64,000 nucleotides of DNA from Polyangiales bacterium (GTDB taxonomy: Bacteria > Myxococcota_A > Polyangia > Polyangiales > Houyiibacteriaceae), in NCBI GenBank assembly GCA_045106895.1, contig JBGCFM010000160.1:21882-85881 (forward strand), written 5' to 3'. A program made the position numbers and the translations under genes. A model generated the notes under the pieces. It was not told the DNA's origin. It made no database searches and saw only the letters and a program-made list of their open reading frames with translations. Shown here in pieces: positions 27,907 through 36,389 of this stretch. How positions within the stretch are numbered: position 1 is the stretch's first letter; every line of letters starts with the position of its first letter.

Positions 27907-28320
27907 CTACCTTGCGTCGACTTCGCGTTCACGCAAGCGGTCGTTTCGCTTCAGGGCCTGTTTTCCGGCGCGCGCGATCGATTTTTTGGCTTTGTGAAGC
28001 TGTTGAAGGACGTCCGAGAGGCCAAGCGTGGGTGCGCCACGCTTCGCGATGAACACGATGTCGACGTCCGGCGTGAACAACTCGCGGTGTAGGCGGAATG
28101 CCTCTCGCACGACTCGTTTGACGCGGTTTCGCGCCACGGCGTTGCCGATCTTCTTGGTCACAGTGATGCCAAGACGACGACGTCCGGCCTCGGACGCTCG
28201 CTGAATCAGGACGAAATGCTGGGTATGAACCCGCCTACCTTCGCTCTGGATACGACGAAAGGCGCTCCGACGACGGACCCGGTCCGTGCGTGGAAGCGCC
28301 TTCTTTTCTGGCACTGTCAT
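27907..28320 (-). CDS. rnpA: Ribonuclease P protein component
   Basis: RLGITVTKKIGNAVARNRVKRVVREAFR. Confidence 0.95.
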   Translation of the reverse strand: MTVPEKKALPRTDRVRRRSAFRRIQSEGRRVHTQHFVLIQRASEAGRRRLGITVTKKIGNAVARNRVKRVVREAFRLHRELFTPDVDIVFIAKRGAPTLGLSDVLQQLHKAKKSIARAGKQALKRNDRLREREVDAR

Positions 28321-28334
28321 CGATCGAAGTGTCT

Positions 28335-28356
28335 GAGGGCGGCGATAGCCACCCTC
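28335..28356 (-). other. Stem-loop between rpmH and rnpA
   Basis: Minus strand GAGGGTGGC-TATC-GCCGCCCTC, 9-bp stem with one G-U pair. Confidence 0.45.
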
Positions 28357-28377
28357 GAAAAGACGAAGCGACGAGCG

Positions 28378-28527
28378 CTACTTCTTGTAGACGCCGACGG
28401 CCAGGCGCTTGCGGCCCTTGGCTCGACGAGCGGCGATGACTTTACGGCCACCCTTAGTCTTCATGCGGGCACGAAATCCGTGGGTTCTGAGTCGCTTGGT
28501 CCGGCTTGGCTGGTAAGTACGCTTCAT
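28378..28527 (-). CDS. rpmH: 50S ribosomal protein L34
   Basis: [35 protein letters not shown]. Confidence 0.97.
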   Translation of the reverse strand: MKRTYQPSRTKRLRTHGFRARMKTKGGRKVIAARRAKGRKRLAVGVYKK

Positions 28528-28547
28528 GGTCTTCCTTAGGGGCCGGA

Positions 28548-28577
28548 GAAGTAAGCACACCGGCATATGGCTGTCAA
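28548..28577 (-). promoter_or_regulatory. Candidate rpmH promoter
   Basis: TTGACA at 28577-28572 (overlapping the radC stop) with weak -10 TGcTTACTT about 17 nt downstream. Confidence 0.4.
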
Positions 28578-29248
28578 CCAACACATGCACCAGAGGGATC
28601 AAGAAGGAGACCCTCGTCGGCGAAGCTGAAGTAGCCTTGAGCCGCGATGATTACGTGATCGAGGAGGTGGATGCCCAGTAATTCGCCTGCGGAGCGCAAT
28701 TGGCGGGTCAGTTCAATGTCTTCTGGGCTCGGGTCCGGCTGACCGCTCGGATGATTGTGAACAAAGATCACATTCGCCGCCGCCCATCGAATTAGCTGAC
28801 GATAGATGTCCGCGGCGCTGGCAAAGCAACCGGTGAGTCCTCCTTTGGAAAGAAGCAGCTCACCGAGAGGGCGGTTTCGTGCGTCCAAGGGGAGGGCGAT
28901 GAAATGTTCGCTTTCCGCATGCGCCAGACGCGGGCGCAGAGCTCCGTCCACGTCGATGCTTGAGAGAAGGGACGCCCCGCGTTGAAAGGGCACTCGTTGC
29001 GAACGCCGGCCAAATTCGGCAGCGGCGACGATGCGCGCGGCCTTGGCGACGCCGACTCCGCGGAGCTGCGCGAGCTCCGCTACCGCTGAGAGACCAAGGC
29101 CGCGGAGCCCACCCACCTCGTGAAGAATGCGCGCTCCGAGGGCGATCGACGATTCCCCTTGGGAGCCGGTGCCGAGCAAGACGCCGACGAGTTCCGCGTC
29201 TCCCAAGGAGGGCGCGCCATAATACGAGAGCCGTTCTCTGCTTTGCAT
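28574..29248 (-). CDS. radC: RadC/JAB-domain protein
   Basis: RERL..G..SL.DAEL..LLGTG, GVGVAKA HhH, E(H)[22 protein letters not shown]. Start uncertain. Confidence 0.92.
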   Translation of the reverse strand: MQSRERLSYYGAPSLGDAELVGVLLGTGSQGESSIALGARILHEVGGLRGLGLSAVAELAQLRGVGVAKAARIVAAAEFGRRSQRVPFQRGASLLSSIDVDGALRPRLAHAESEHFIALPLDARNRPLGELLLSKGGLTGCFASAADIYRQLIRWAAANVIFVHNHPSGQPDPSPEDIELTRQLRSAGELLGIHLLDHVIIAAQGYFSFADEGLLLDPSGACVG

Positions 29249-29357
29249 GCGGGAGCCATCTGCGGGTTCTATGCCGTCGGCGAACTCGAGTTTTCCGCTT
29301 TGTTCGAGAGCGAAGGGTCGGCCTGGCGCCAAGGTCCGCCGGCGTTCGCCGCGCGTT

Positions 29358-29408
29358 CTTTGCATTTCTTAACACAACACCACGAACGGCCTTTGCACGG
29401 GCTTCGCA
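29358..29408. promoter_or_regulatory. Two pairs of direct repeats, candidate OmpR/CpxR-type binding sites
   Basis: CTTTGCA(29358)-CTTAACA(29368) and CTTTGCA(29391)-CTTCGCA(29402), 10-11 bp period, upstream of an operon encoding an OmpR-family regulator. Confidence 0.5.
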
Positions 29409-29429
29409 GATAGAGGGAAAGGAGTTCTC

Positions 29430-29900
29430 ATGTTTTTCCATTTTCTCGGTGTCTCGTTCCTCATCGCCTTCTTCGTCGTGCTGAAGAAAAGTCGTCGAGG
29501 CCGCTGTGGCCCAGGTCACGGACGCCACCACAGGCGGCGCCATCGCTCGTTCTGGCGGCGAGGTCTCGACCATATGTTTGAACGCTTGGACACCAGTCCC
29601 GGCCAAGAGAAGGAGATTCGCTCCGCGATGAGCGGTCTCTTCGATGATGTCGTCCCGGCGCGTCGCGAGATGAAGCGCGCCATGAAGGAGATCTTCTCGA
29701 CGGCGCTGAGCGAAGATGTCTTTGACGAAGCCGCGGTTCGAAAGGCCATCGGTGAACAAGAAGACCGCATCGTCGGCCTCCGGGAATCCCTCATTGCGAT
29801 GCTTGGTCGCGTACACGAAGCCCTCGACGAAGAACAGCGCGCTCAGCTCGCCGCCTTTGCGGCACGCCGCGCGGTTCCTATGGGCGGGCCCTACCGATGA
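29430..29900 (+). CDS. Spy/CpxP (LTxxQ)/heavy-metal-sensor-like helical protein
   Basis: N-terminal TM, His/Arg patch, LDTSPGQE and LDEEQRAQL motifs. SD AAGGAG. Confidence 0.7.
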   Translation: MFFHFLGVSFLIAFFVVLKKSRRGRCGPGHGRHHRRRHRSFWRRGLDHMFERLDTSPGQEKEIRSAMSGLFDDVVPARREMKRAMKEIFSTALSEDVFDEAAVRKAIGEQEDRIVGLRESLIAMLGRVHEALDEEQRAQLAAFAARRAVPMGGPYR

Positions 29901-30208
29901 GGCGCGGAAAGGAGAAGGCTCTGATGTTTGCTCTACTTGCAGGTGCTGCGCTCAGTTTCGGTGCCGCCAAGCACCACCGTGGCGGCTGCCACCATCATGA
30001 CCGAAGGGCGGCGTTTGAAGCGCGCGTGGCGCGTGTTTGTGTCGATGCTGCGCGACAGGCTCAACAAGAGGAAGGGAGCGCTGAGCCCGGCGATTCTACG
30101 GACGTGGATTCAAGCGACGTGCCTTACGGTCCACGTTTTGAAGACCAACGACGTTTCGGACACGGACCTTTCGGAAACGGCCCACCCGGATATAGTCCTT
30201 CGCGATGA
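29897..30208 (+). CDS. Small hypothetical membrane protein
   Basis: ATGA overlaps on both sides. TM then HHRGGCHHHDRRAAFE..VARVCV. Confidence 0.6.
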   Translation: MRRGKEKALMFALLAGAALSFGAAKHHRGGCHHHDRRAAFEARVARVCVDAARQAQQEEGSAEPGDSTDVDSSDVPYGPRFEDQRRFGHGPFGNGPPGYSPSR

Positions 30209-30861
30209 CGACCCGTGTCCTGTTGATCGACGATGATGCACGGCTCCACGAGCTGCTGCAGCGCTACCTGACGCCCCATGAGGTCGTCGTCGATCACGCG
30301 GACAACGGGAATGCCGGGCTGACGAAGTTACGGGAAGGAGCCTACGACGCTGTTCTCCTCGACGTGATGATGCCCGGTATGGGAGGACTTGAGGTGTTGC
30401 GCGAGATACGTACACGAAGCGCGGTGCCGGTGGTGATGCTGACGGCGCGCGGCGACGAGACGGATCGCGTCGTCGGCCTGGAGATGGGCGCAGATGACTA
30501 CGTGCCGAAACCTTTTGCGCCGCGTGAGCTCTTAGCGAGGCTGCGCGCGATCCTGAGGCGCGTTTCGCCGGGTCTCGAATCGAAACGTCTCAGCGCCGGT
30601 GGCGTGGTCCTCGACCTTGAACGTCGCGAGGCAAAACACGAAGGTAGCGTGGTGACGCTGACGGGCGTGGAGTTCGATGTGCTCTGCGTGCTCGTGCGCC
30701 GCGCCGGGCGCGTTGTGCCACGGAGCGCGATTCTCGAAGCGCTGGACCGCGGTAGCGTGGGCGAGCGAACGGTGGACGTGCATGTGGCGAGCCTTCGCAA
30801 GAAGCTCGGCGATGACCTCATCGCGACGGTGCGCGGCGCCGGATACGTGTTCAAGTCATGA
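30205..30861 (+). CDS. OmpR/CpxR-family response regulator
   Basis: LLIDDD, LLDVMMP, MLTARG, GADDYVPKPF, RTVDVHVASLRKKL, TVRGAGY. Confidence 0.95.
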   Translation: MTTRVLLIDDDARLHELLQRYLTPHEVVVDHADNGNAGLTKLREGAYDAVLLDVMMPGMGGLEVLREIRTRSAVPVVMLTARGDETDRVVGLEMGADDYVPKPFAPRELLARLRAILRRVSPGLESKRLSAGGVVLDLERREAKHEGSVVTLTGVEFDVLCVLVRRAGRVVPRSAILEALDRGSVGERTVDVHVASLRKKLGDDLIATVRGAGYVFKS

Positions 30862-32072
30862 GGCACGGCAAAGAGAAGTGCGTCAAAGCTGGGCACCCAG
30901 GTGGCCGCTCGCTGCGCCGCATCCTCTTTAAGTGGTTCTTGCTCTCGCTGATGCTCAGCTCCGGCGCTTCTGCGCTCACGTTTTCCCTCGTGAGCGATCG
31001 AGAGTGGGGAGGTCCTATCCAGCAAGGAGAGGCCTTCTTGGCGTTGCAGTTCGCGCGTGTGTGGGACGATGTGCCACGCCGCGAAGCTCTTGCTCGAGAT
31101 CTGGAAACCGAGTTCTCCATGAGCGTTCGCGTCATGGATGCCGACGGCGGGATGCTGCGCGACGCGCCCCCTTGCCACGAGCAGCACAGCTTCAATGTGC
31201 GCGGCGTGCGAGGCGCCGACACGCAGGCTCTGCTGGGCCGCGTGGAGCTTTGTGTCCATCATGTTCACCCGGCTTGGTGGCGCATCGCGCTTGTCATCGG
31301 AGCCGGCCTTTTGATGGTGCTCTTCCTCAGCGGAGTTCTCGCGCATCGCCTCTCGTTCCCTCTTCGGCGCGTGGCCCAAGCTGCTCAGCGGCTTGCTGAT
31401 GGAGACCTTGAAGCGCGCGTCGGCAAGTTCCGCGGTCACGATGAAACAAGGCTACTCGCGAAGGTCTTCGACCACATGGCGGAGCGTCTCGGAAAACAGA
31501 TCGAGGAGCAGCGCGAAGTGCTCGCGCTGGTCAGCCACGAGGTGCGCACGCCGCTCGGTCACTTGCGGCTTCTTATCGAGATGGGACGTGAAGGAAGCGA
31601 CGTCGACTGGGATGAGCTCGCGTTAGAAACCGAAGAGCTTGAAGAGCTTATGGCGAAGCTCCTGGCGCGCTCGCGCGTGGACGCGGGGCATGTGGAACGC
31701 AGCCGCGTCGATGTTCTCGAGCTGGCCCAGCGTGCGCTGGCGCGGCAAGGCATCGACGAGTCGAAGGCGAAGCTTGAAGGCGACGAGCGTATATTTGCCA
31801 TCGACCCCACGCTCGTGGCGAGGGCGATGGCGAACCTCGTCCGAAACGCCGAAACGCATGGTGGCGGTCTTACGGAGATCGTCGTTCATGTTGGCGATGA
31901 GCTTCGCCTAGACGTGAGAGACGCCGGTCCTGGACTGGGCGAAGAGCGCGTGAGCGATGGATTGGGGTTAGGGCTGCCGCTCGTGCGAGCCATCGCCGCA
32001 GCCCACGAAGGAGAGCTGACGTTTGAGCAAGAGTCCGCGGGCCACACCGCTCGCTTGGTACTCCCCGCCTAG
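30858..32072 (+). CDS. HAMP sensor histidine kinase (CpxA-like)
   Basis: 2 TM, HAMP, SHEVRTPL, NLVRNA, DAGPG, GLGLGL. Confidence 0.9.
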   Translation: MRHGKEKCVKAGHPGGRSLRRILFKWFLLSLMLSSGASALTFSLVSDREWGGPIQQGEAFLALQFARVWDDVPRREALARDLETEFSMSVRVMDADGGMLRDAPPCHEQHSFNVRGVRGADTQALLGRVELCVHHVHPAWWRIALVIGAGLLMVLFLSGVLAHRLSFPLRRVAQAAQRLADGDLEARVGKFRGHDETRLLAKVFDHMAERLGKQIEEQREVLALVSHEVRTPLGHLRLLIEMGREGSDVDWDELALETEELEELMAKLLARSRVDAGHVERSRVDVLELAQRALARQGIDESKAKLEGDERIFAIDPTLVARAMANLVRNAETHGGGLTEIVVHVGDELRLDVRDAGPGLGEERVSDGLGLGLPLVRAIAAAHEGELTFEQESAGHTARLVLPA

Positions 32073-32134
32073 CGCGGGACTCCAACGATTCCAATCCCAG
32101 ATGACCGGGGCGGGCCCGCCCCTAGCTTGTCTTG

Positions 32135-32611
32135 ATGCGCTGGATCACAGAACTCAAGTCTTGGCAGGTGTTGTTCATTCTCGTCGTCCCGGGATTCGTC
32201 GGAGCGTTGCTACCGCTCGAGTGGTCCGCCAGCGTCGCGCTGGTCGCCGTCCCCGGTCTTCTCATGTACGGCTGGCAGTGGTTTGCTGTCCGGGCGCTCT
32301 TGGCGCGCATTCCTGACAATCGCCGGCCGAACACCGTCGCGTTTCAAATCGCTGGGGCCTACGCCGTGACCTACTTCACAGGGTTCATGGTCAGCATCGC
32401 CACGTTCTCCATCGACGGCATCTTCGAGTTCATCGGCCCGTTTCATGTCGCGGCGATGTTCGCGTCGCTCTACATGTATTGGTTCGTGTCGAAGGTCACT
32501 ACGCTCGTTCGTGGCGATGACCAGGCATGGGTTCGTTTCGCCACCTTCATCGTCTTCTCGCCGCTCGCCATTTGGCGAACTCAGGGCGTCGTCTCTGAAG
32601 TCAGAGTCTAA
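32135..32611 (+). CDS. Hypothetical integral membrane protein
   Basis: About 5 hydrophobic segments. TAGCTT -10 lies 6 nt before the ATG. Confidence 0.65.
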   Translation: MRWITELKSWQVLFILVVPGFVGALLPLEWSASVALVAVPGLLMYGWQWFAVRALLARIPDNRRPNTVAFQIAGAYAVTYFTGFMVSIATFSIDGIFEFIGPFHVAAMFASLYMYWFVSKVTTLVRGDDQAWVRFATFIVFSPLAIWRTQGVVSEVRV

Positions 32612-32632
32612 GCGCGCGTGGTGTCGCGGCGC

Positions 32633-32875
32633 CTATTCGTTTTGAACGAGGGCGCCACTGCGCCAGCCGGGCGTCCACTTTCTACGCTCGCGCAGCTCCC
32701 GCCACGGGATCGTTTTCTCCCGCAGGAGACGAACCGAGCGCAGAAGGCACTCGTCGGTGGCACTCAAGTAGTCGACGACTTCGTAGTGAGTGGGCCGGTC
32801 GTCGCCTGGGTCTAAGATGTGGCAGGTCCACTTCGACCCGACGAGTCGCTTGGTGTTCTGTGGGTGTTCCGGCAC
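32633..32875 (-). CDS. TIGR02450-family Trp-rich small protein
   Basis: N.KRLVGSKWT..HYEV..IPWRELRE..KW.PGW pattern. Confidence 0.75.
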   Translation of the reverse strand: MPEHPQNTKRLVGSKWTCHILDPGDDRPTHYEVVDYLSATDECLLRSVRLLREKTIPWRELRERRKWTPGWRSGALVQNE

Positions 32876-32941
32876 GAGCGAGGGCCTAGGGTCGGGGGCG
32901 CCGCGTGTCCATACGTGCGCGTTTATGCGGAGTGACGAGAG

Positions 32942-33580
32942 TTAGTGCTCGACTCGGCCCTCGGGTTCGGCCCACTGAAGCGGGAAGAGCCCAACCTGGT
33001 GTGGCTTTGGCAGCTCGCTCAAACCGTCGATGAGGTCCTCCCAGTCGGCTTCGCGAAAGGTCGACATGAGAGATTCGAGTTCGCCCACGTCGTCGGTGAC
33101 GTAGTCGATGGGGATGGGGCGAAACCCGCTCCAGTGCGGAGCGTCGGGGACTCGGTTTTCGTAGAGCGCGACGGTCGCCACGCGGGTGCCGACGACGGGC
33201 TTGTCTGTGCCGATGAGCGGCACGCGCTCTTCGGTGATTTTGATCGCCGGATAGTAGCCGCCGCCCTTGCTCATGTCCGTCAGTACGGCGACGCGCATGG
33301 GCGAGACCGAGACGACGACGCCGGGGTTTGCGTCGCCAAAGTGAAAGTGCTCCGCGAGACCGTTGAAGTACCAGCGGAGCACCTGCATGAAGACCATGCC
33401 GGGGATGACCCACGCCCAGTGCTGAAAGACGATGCCCACGAGCGATACGACGACCGGCAGGCTCCAGACGAGGGGCCAAAAGGGCCGGTGTCTCGCCCAG
33501 CGGAGTCGTTTTACGGAGACTCGCCCGGGGTTGCTAGCGATGGAGTGCGGGTCCACGAAGCGAGGCTCGGTTTCGGACAT
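32942..33580 (-). CDS. DUF3239-like membrane protein
   Basis: Two TM, then HFHFGDANPGVVVS..VAVLTDM..G.RVATVALY..HWSGFRPIP. Family from memory. Confidence 0.5.
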   Translation of the reverse strand: MSETEPRFVDPHSIASNPGRVSVKRLRWARHRPFWPLVWSLPVVVSLVGIVFQHWAWVIPGMVFMQVLRWYFNGLAEHFHFGDANPGVVVSVSPMRVAVLTDMSKGGGYYPAIKITEERVPLIGTDKPVVGTRVATVALYENRVPDAPHWSGFRPIPIDYVTDDVGELESLMSTFREADWEDLIDGLSELPKPHQVGLFPLQWAEPEGRVEH

Positions 33581-33628
33581 GCGCGCAGCATGGGCGCTCG
33601 GCGGAGGCGCCGCGAGTGAAGATTCCGG

Positions 33629-34156
33629 CTAGGTGTGTCGTCCTCGACGTCGCCGCCGCCGCAGAAGAAGAAGGAGCGGCATCAGCGCATACGCGTGGGC
33701 CGACGAGCGGCTCGACGTGGAACAGCGCGAACAGCTGGGCCTCGGCGTGGGGTAGTTGTCGGCGGAGCGGGTGTTTCTTCCGCAGCGCGTTGAGCTGATA
33801 GGGCCGCGATCGGTATCGTACGCGCGGACTCGGTAACGACCACGCGGGAGTGGTTCGAGAGAGTAGTCCGCGAACATACGAACCGTGAATCTCTCGGACA
33901 GGTCGCCCTGGAGCGCGTCGACGACTTCGAAGGTGACGGCGACGTAGAGGAACGAGCGGGCGCCGGCTGGGTTCCACTCAGGGTCATCGCGATGGATGAG
34001 GGTCTGCTCGACGATGTCTCCCACGAAGACCCAGTCCGCTGCGGCGTCGAGGGACTGCTCGGTTTCGCCCGGTGCCGGAATTTGCGCGCACTCCGCGTGG
34101 GCTCTTTGGGCGGACAAGAGCGCGGCGAAGAGCAGGAGAGTGGAGACGGTGCGCAC
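33629..34156 (-). CDS. Secreted TIMP/NTR-like protein with MYXO-CTERM-like tail
   Basis: Signal peptide, C..ADWVFVGDIV..VTFEV. Tail SCSRCSTS..ALMPLLLLLRRRRRR. Confidence 0.55.
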   Translation of the reverse strand: MRTVSTLLLFAALLSAQRAHAECAQIPAPGETEQSLDAAADWVFVGDIVEQTLIHRDDPEWNPAGARSFLYVAVTFEVVDALQGDLSERFTVRMFADYSLEPLPRGRYRVRAYDTDRGPISSTRCGRNTRSADNYPTPRPSCSRCSTSSRSSAHAYALMPLLLLLRRRRRRGRHT

Positions 34157-34220
34157 CGGAGCATCCTAACCCAGGACCGATGAAACTTGACGTTGGGGGT
34201 GGGTTGGGCAGCTTGTGCGC

Positions 34221-34577
34221 ATGGTCCGCGTGGTCTCGTTTGGGTTTAAGTATGGGGAGCCGTATCCGATAGCGGACATGCGTCTGGATCTGCGGCGCCG
34301 GCTTCGGAACCCGCAGGACCAGGTGCCGAAGGGGGCTGTGGGCACGGACAAGGTCGTGATCTCCGCGGTCTTGAGCACGGCGGAGAACCGCAAGGTGCTG
34401 CAGCGTTACTACGAGCGCGCGCGGATGTTGGCGCGGGAGAAGCCCGAGTGTGTCATCGCTTTTGGATGCAAGAGCGGCATTCATCGGAGCGTGGTGTTCG
34501 CCAACGAGCTGGCGGCGCGCCTGGTCAAAGATGGGCACGAGGTGGAGGTGGAGCACGTTCACCTCCGCGTGCCATAG
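34221..34577 (+). CDS. Stand-alone RapZ C-terminal domain protein
   Basis: VVSFGFKYG..AD..LD.R..LRNP..GTD..IAFGCKSGIHRSV..EL..V.H. No P-loop domain. Confidence 0.82.
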   Translation: MVRVVSFGFKYGEPYPIADMRLDLRRRLRNPQDQVPKGAVGTDKVVISAVLSTAENRKVLQRYYERARMLAREKPECVIAFGCKSGIHRSVVFANELAARLVKDGHEVEVEHVHLRVP

Positions 34578-34584
34578 TGAGGGC

Positions 34585-35154
34585 ATGGCAAGCCCCTTCG
34601 CGAAGCTTGAGGTGCCCTTCGTGGATGAAGCGCTCTCCGTGGAGACGCACAAGACGTGGGTGTGGCCGTTCTACTTGAAGCGGCCTCATACGAATGAGTT
34701 TCGCGAAGCGCTCCATGCGCAGTTTGACGAGATCGATGAAGCCCTCGTCGTCCGCCTGCTCTCTTCGAGGAACTGGCGACCTCGCATCGTCGGCGGGTAC
34801 CTGGCGGCGGCGGCGAACTTGGTGGGCCTAGAGGAGCACTTGGGTCGTTTGTTCTTGCGCAGCGACGCTTGCTACGCGGGTCGTGGCTACTGTCAGGCGA
34901 TCACACGTTTCAATACGCCGGCGTCCGTGAGCGTTTTGCGCCAGTACCTCGACTACTACCTCGAGAAGCACGAGTACTACTTCGAACAAGGGGAAGCGAT
35001 GGCGGCGTTGACGCACCTGGACGCGGAGAACGGGACGGCGTTGTCGAGGGAGTATGACGAGCGGTGGGCGCGCTACGTCGAAGGCAAAGGCTGGGAGCTG
35101 CCACGCATCGTCGAGCGTTTCGAGCGCGACCGGATCGCGTTATGTCGCCCCTAA
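34585..35154 (+). CDS. DUF6000-like protein
   Basis: PFYLK..LL..NWRPR..S..CYAGRGYC..YLDYYL..EQ..AMAAL..LD. Family from memory. Confidence 0.65.
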   Translation: MASPFAKLEVPFVDEALSVETHKTWVWPFYLKRPHTNEFREALHAQFDEIDEALVVRLLSSRNWRPRIVGGYLAAAANLVGLEEHLGRLFLRSDACYAGRGYCQAITRFNTPASVSVLRQYLDYYLEKHEYYFEQGEAMAALTHLDAENGTALSREYDERWARYVEGKGWELPRIVERFERDRIALCRP

Positions 35155-35194
35155 GCTCATTGGACCGGGCTCTCGTTCTATTGCACGTAGACGC

Positions 35195-36322
35195 TCAGGG
35201 CGTGCAGCTTGGGCCTGCCGATGCGCAGAGTTCGGGCTCCGTTCGTGGCTGCGACCAGATCCGTACGCCGTCCAGACGCCCGACGAACTGATCTCCCCCG
35301 CCGGGGCTGTCTTCGCCGATGTGAAGCGCCGCGGACCCCGATGGAGTCTCGCCGCTTAGAGCCGCACGATCGTCCTCGCTCCCGTTTCGGTGGAGCAGAA
35401 TCTCGCGCCCGTCCATCGTGCAGGCGATGTGAGTCCACTCGCCGGCCGCGAGCGGTCGGGAGCTGACCGCGACTCCCACCCCCGCCGTGCATCGCACGGA
35501 TCCATCGGTCTGTAGAAAGAGCCCGTATTGCCCATTCTTGTCGACGAGTCCTCGCCGGCCGTCTGCTGGGATCGCGTCCGGGAGAACCCATAACTCGATG
35601 GTGAAATGTGGGAAGTTGAGACCCATCGGTGCGAGCGCGACCGCGGCGCTTGGCTCGTCCAACACAAGTGATTCGCCGCTGACACCGGGGGCGAAGGATA
35701 CCTCGGTGAGAGTCAGGTCGTTTCCAGCGGCGGAGCCGTCGATTCCGCCGGACTCGAATTCGTAGCAAGCGACGAGTTCGTCGTCCTCGGGGTCACAGAA
35801 GACCGGGGCAATCGGCGCATCTTCAAAGGGTGCGTCGGATCCCGCATCGAATGGAGTGCTGTGGGCATCGGCGTCCACCGTCGCGTCGCGCTGTCCGGCG
35901 TCCGCGCCGGAATCTGGGCCTGTGCTTCGCGCGAATACCTCCAGCGCGTCGGAGACGGTGTGACCTTTGGGGCCCGACACACGAAGGTCGTAGTAAGCAG
36001 CGGGCATCGGAGATGAGAGCTGAACATGAAGCCCTTCCGCGTCCACGCCGGTGACTGTTGCCCTTTGGGTCCCAAGCCAGACCTCGACCCCGGCGCGAAG
36101 GTGAAGGTCATCGCCTTCGGCTTCGAGGTAGTCCGACGGCGCAAGCCCACCCACGACAAAGTCCGTTGTCGTGACGTCGGCAACGGGGACTCGGCTTGGA
36201 GCGAGAGTGGGCTGATGGCTGTCGCAGGCGGTGAGGAGCACGAACGCGCCGAGGGCAACGAAAGCGACACATCCCCGAGCGACTTCAGTCACGGACTTCC
36301 TGGCTTGCAGTCGATTGTGCAT
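35195..36322 (-). CDS. LamG/concanavalin-like lectin domain lipoprotein
   Basis: LLTAC lipobox, DAG linker, LVACYEFE..FTIELWV..WTHIACTMDG..F.GRLDGVRIW. Confidence 0.8.
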   Translation of the reverse strand: MHNRLQARKSVTEVARGCVAFVALGAFVLLTACDSHQPTLAPSRVPVADVTTTDFVVGGLAPSDYLEAEGDDLHLRAGVEVWLGTQRATVTGVDAEGLHVQLSSPMPAAYYDLRVSGPKGHTVSDALEVFARSTGPDSGADAGQRDATVDADAHSTPFDAGSDAPFEDAPIAPVFCDPEDDELVACYEFESGGIDGSAAGNDLTLTEVSFAPGVSGESLVLDEPSAAVALAPMGLNFPHFTIELWVLPDAIPADGRRGLVDKNGQYGLFLQTDGSVRCTAGVGVAVSSRPLAAGEWTHIACTMDGREILLHRNGSEDDRAALSGETPSGSAALHIGEDSPGGGDQFVGRLDGVRIWSQPRTEPELCASAGPSCTP

Positions 36323-36389
36323 CGTCGAAGCGGAAGATGACGTGCATACCCCACGCAACGGACGTTTTTCTGCAACCTAAAGGCGTTAA

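Noticed and set aside
28574..29248. radC as marker of a mobile or anti-restriction element
   Set aside because: Full-length chromosomal type with N-terminal HhH region; no mobile genes adjacent.
28528..29429. Possible oriC near rpmH
   Set aside because: No TTATCCACA DnaA boxes, no AT-rich unwinding element, no dnaA; the space is occupied by radC.
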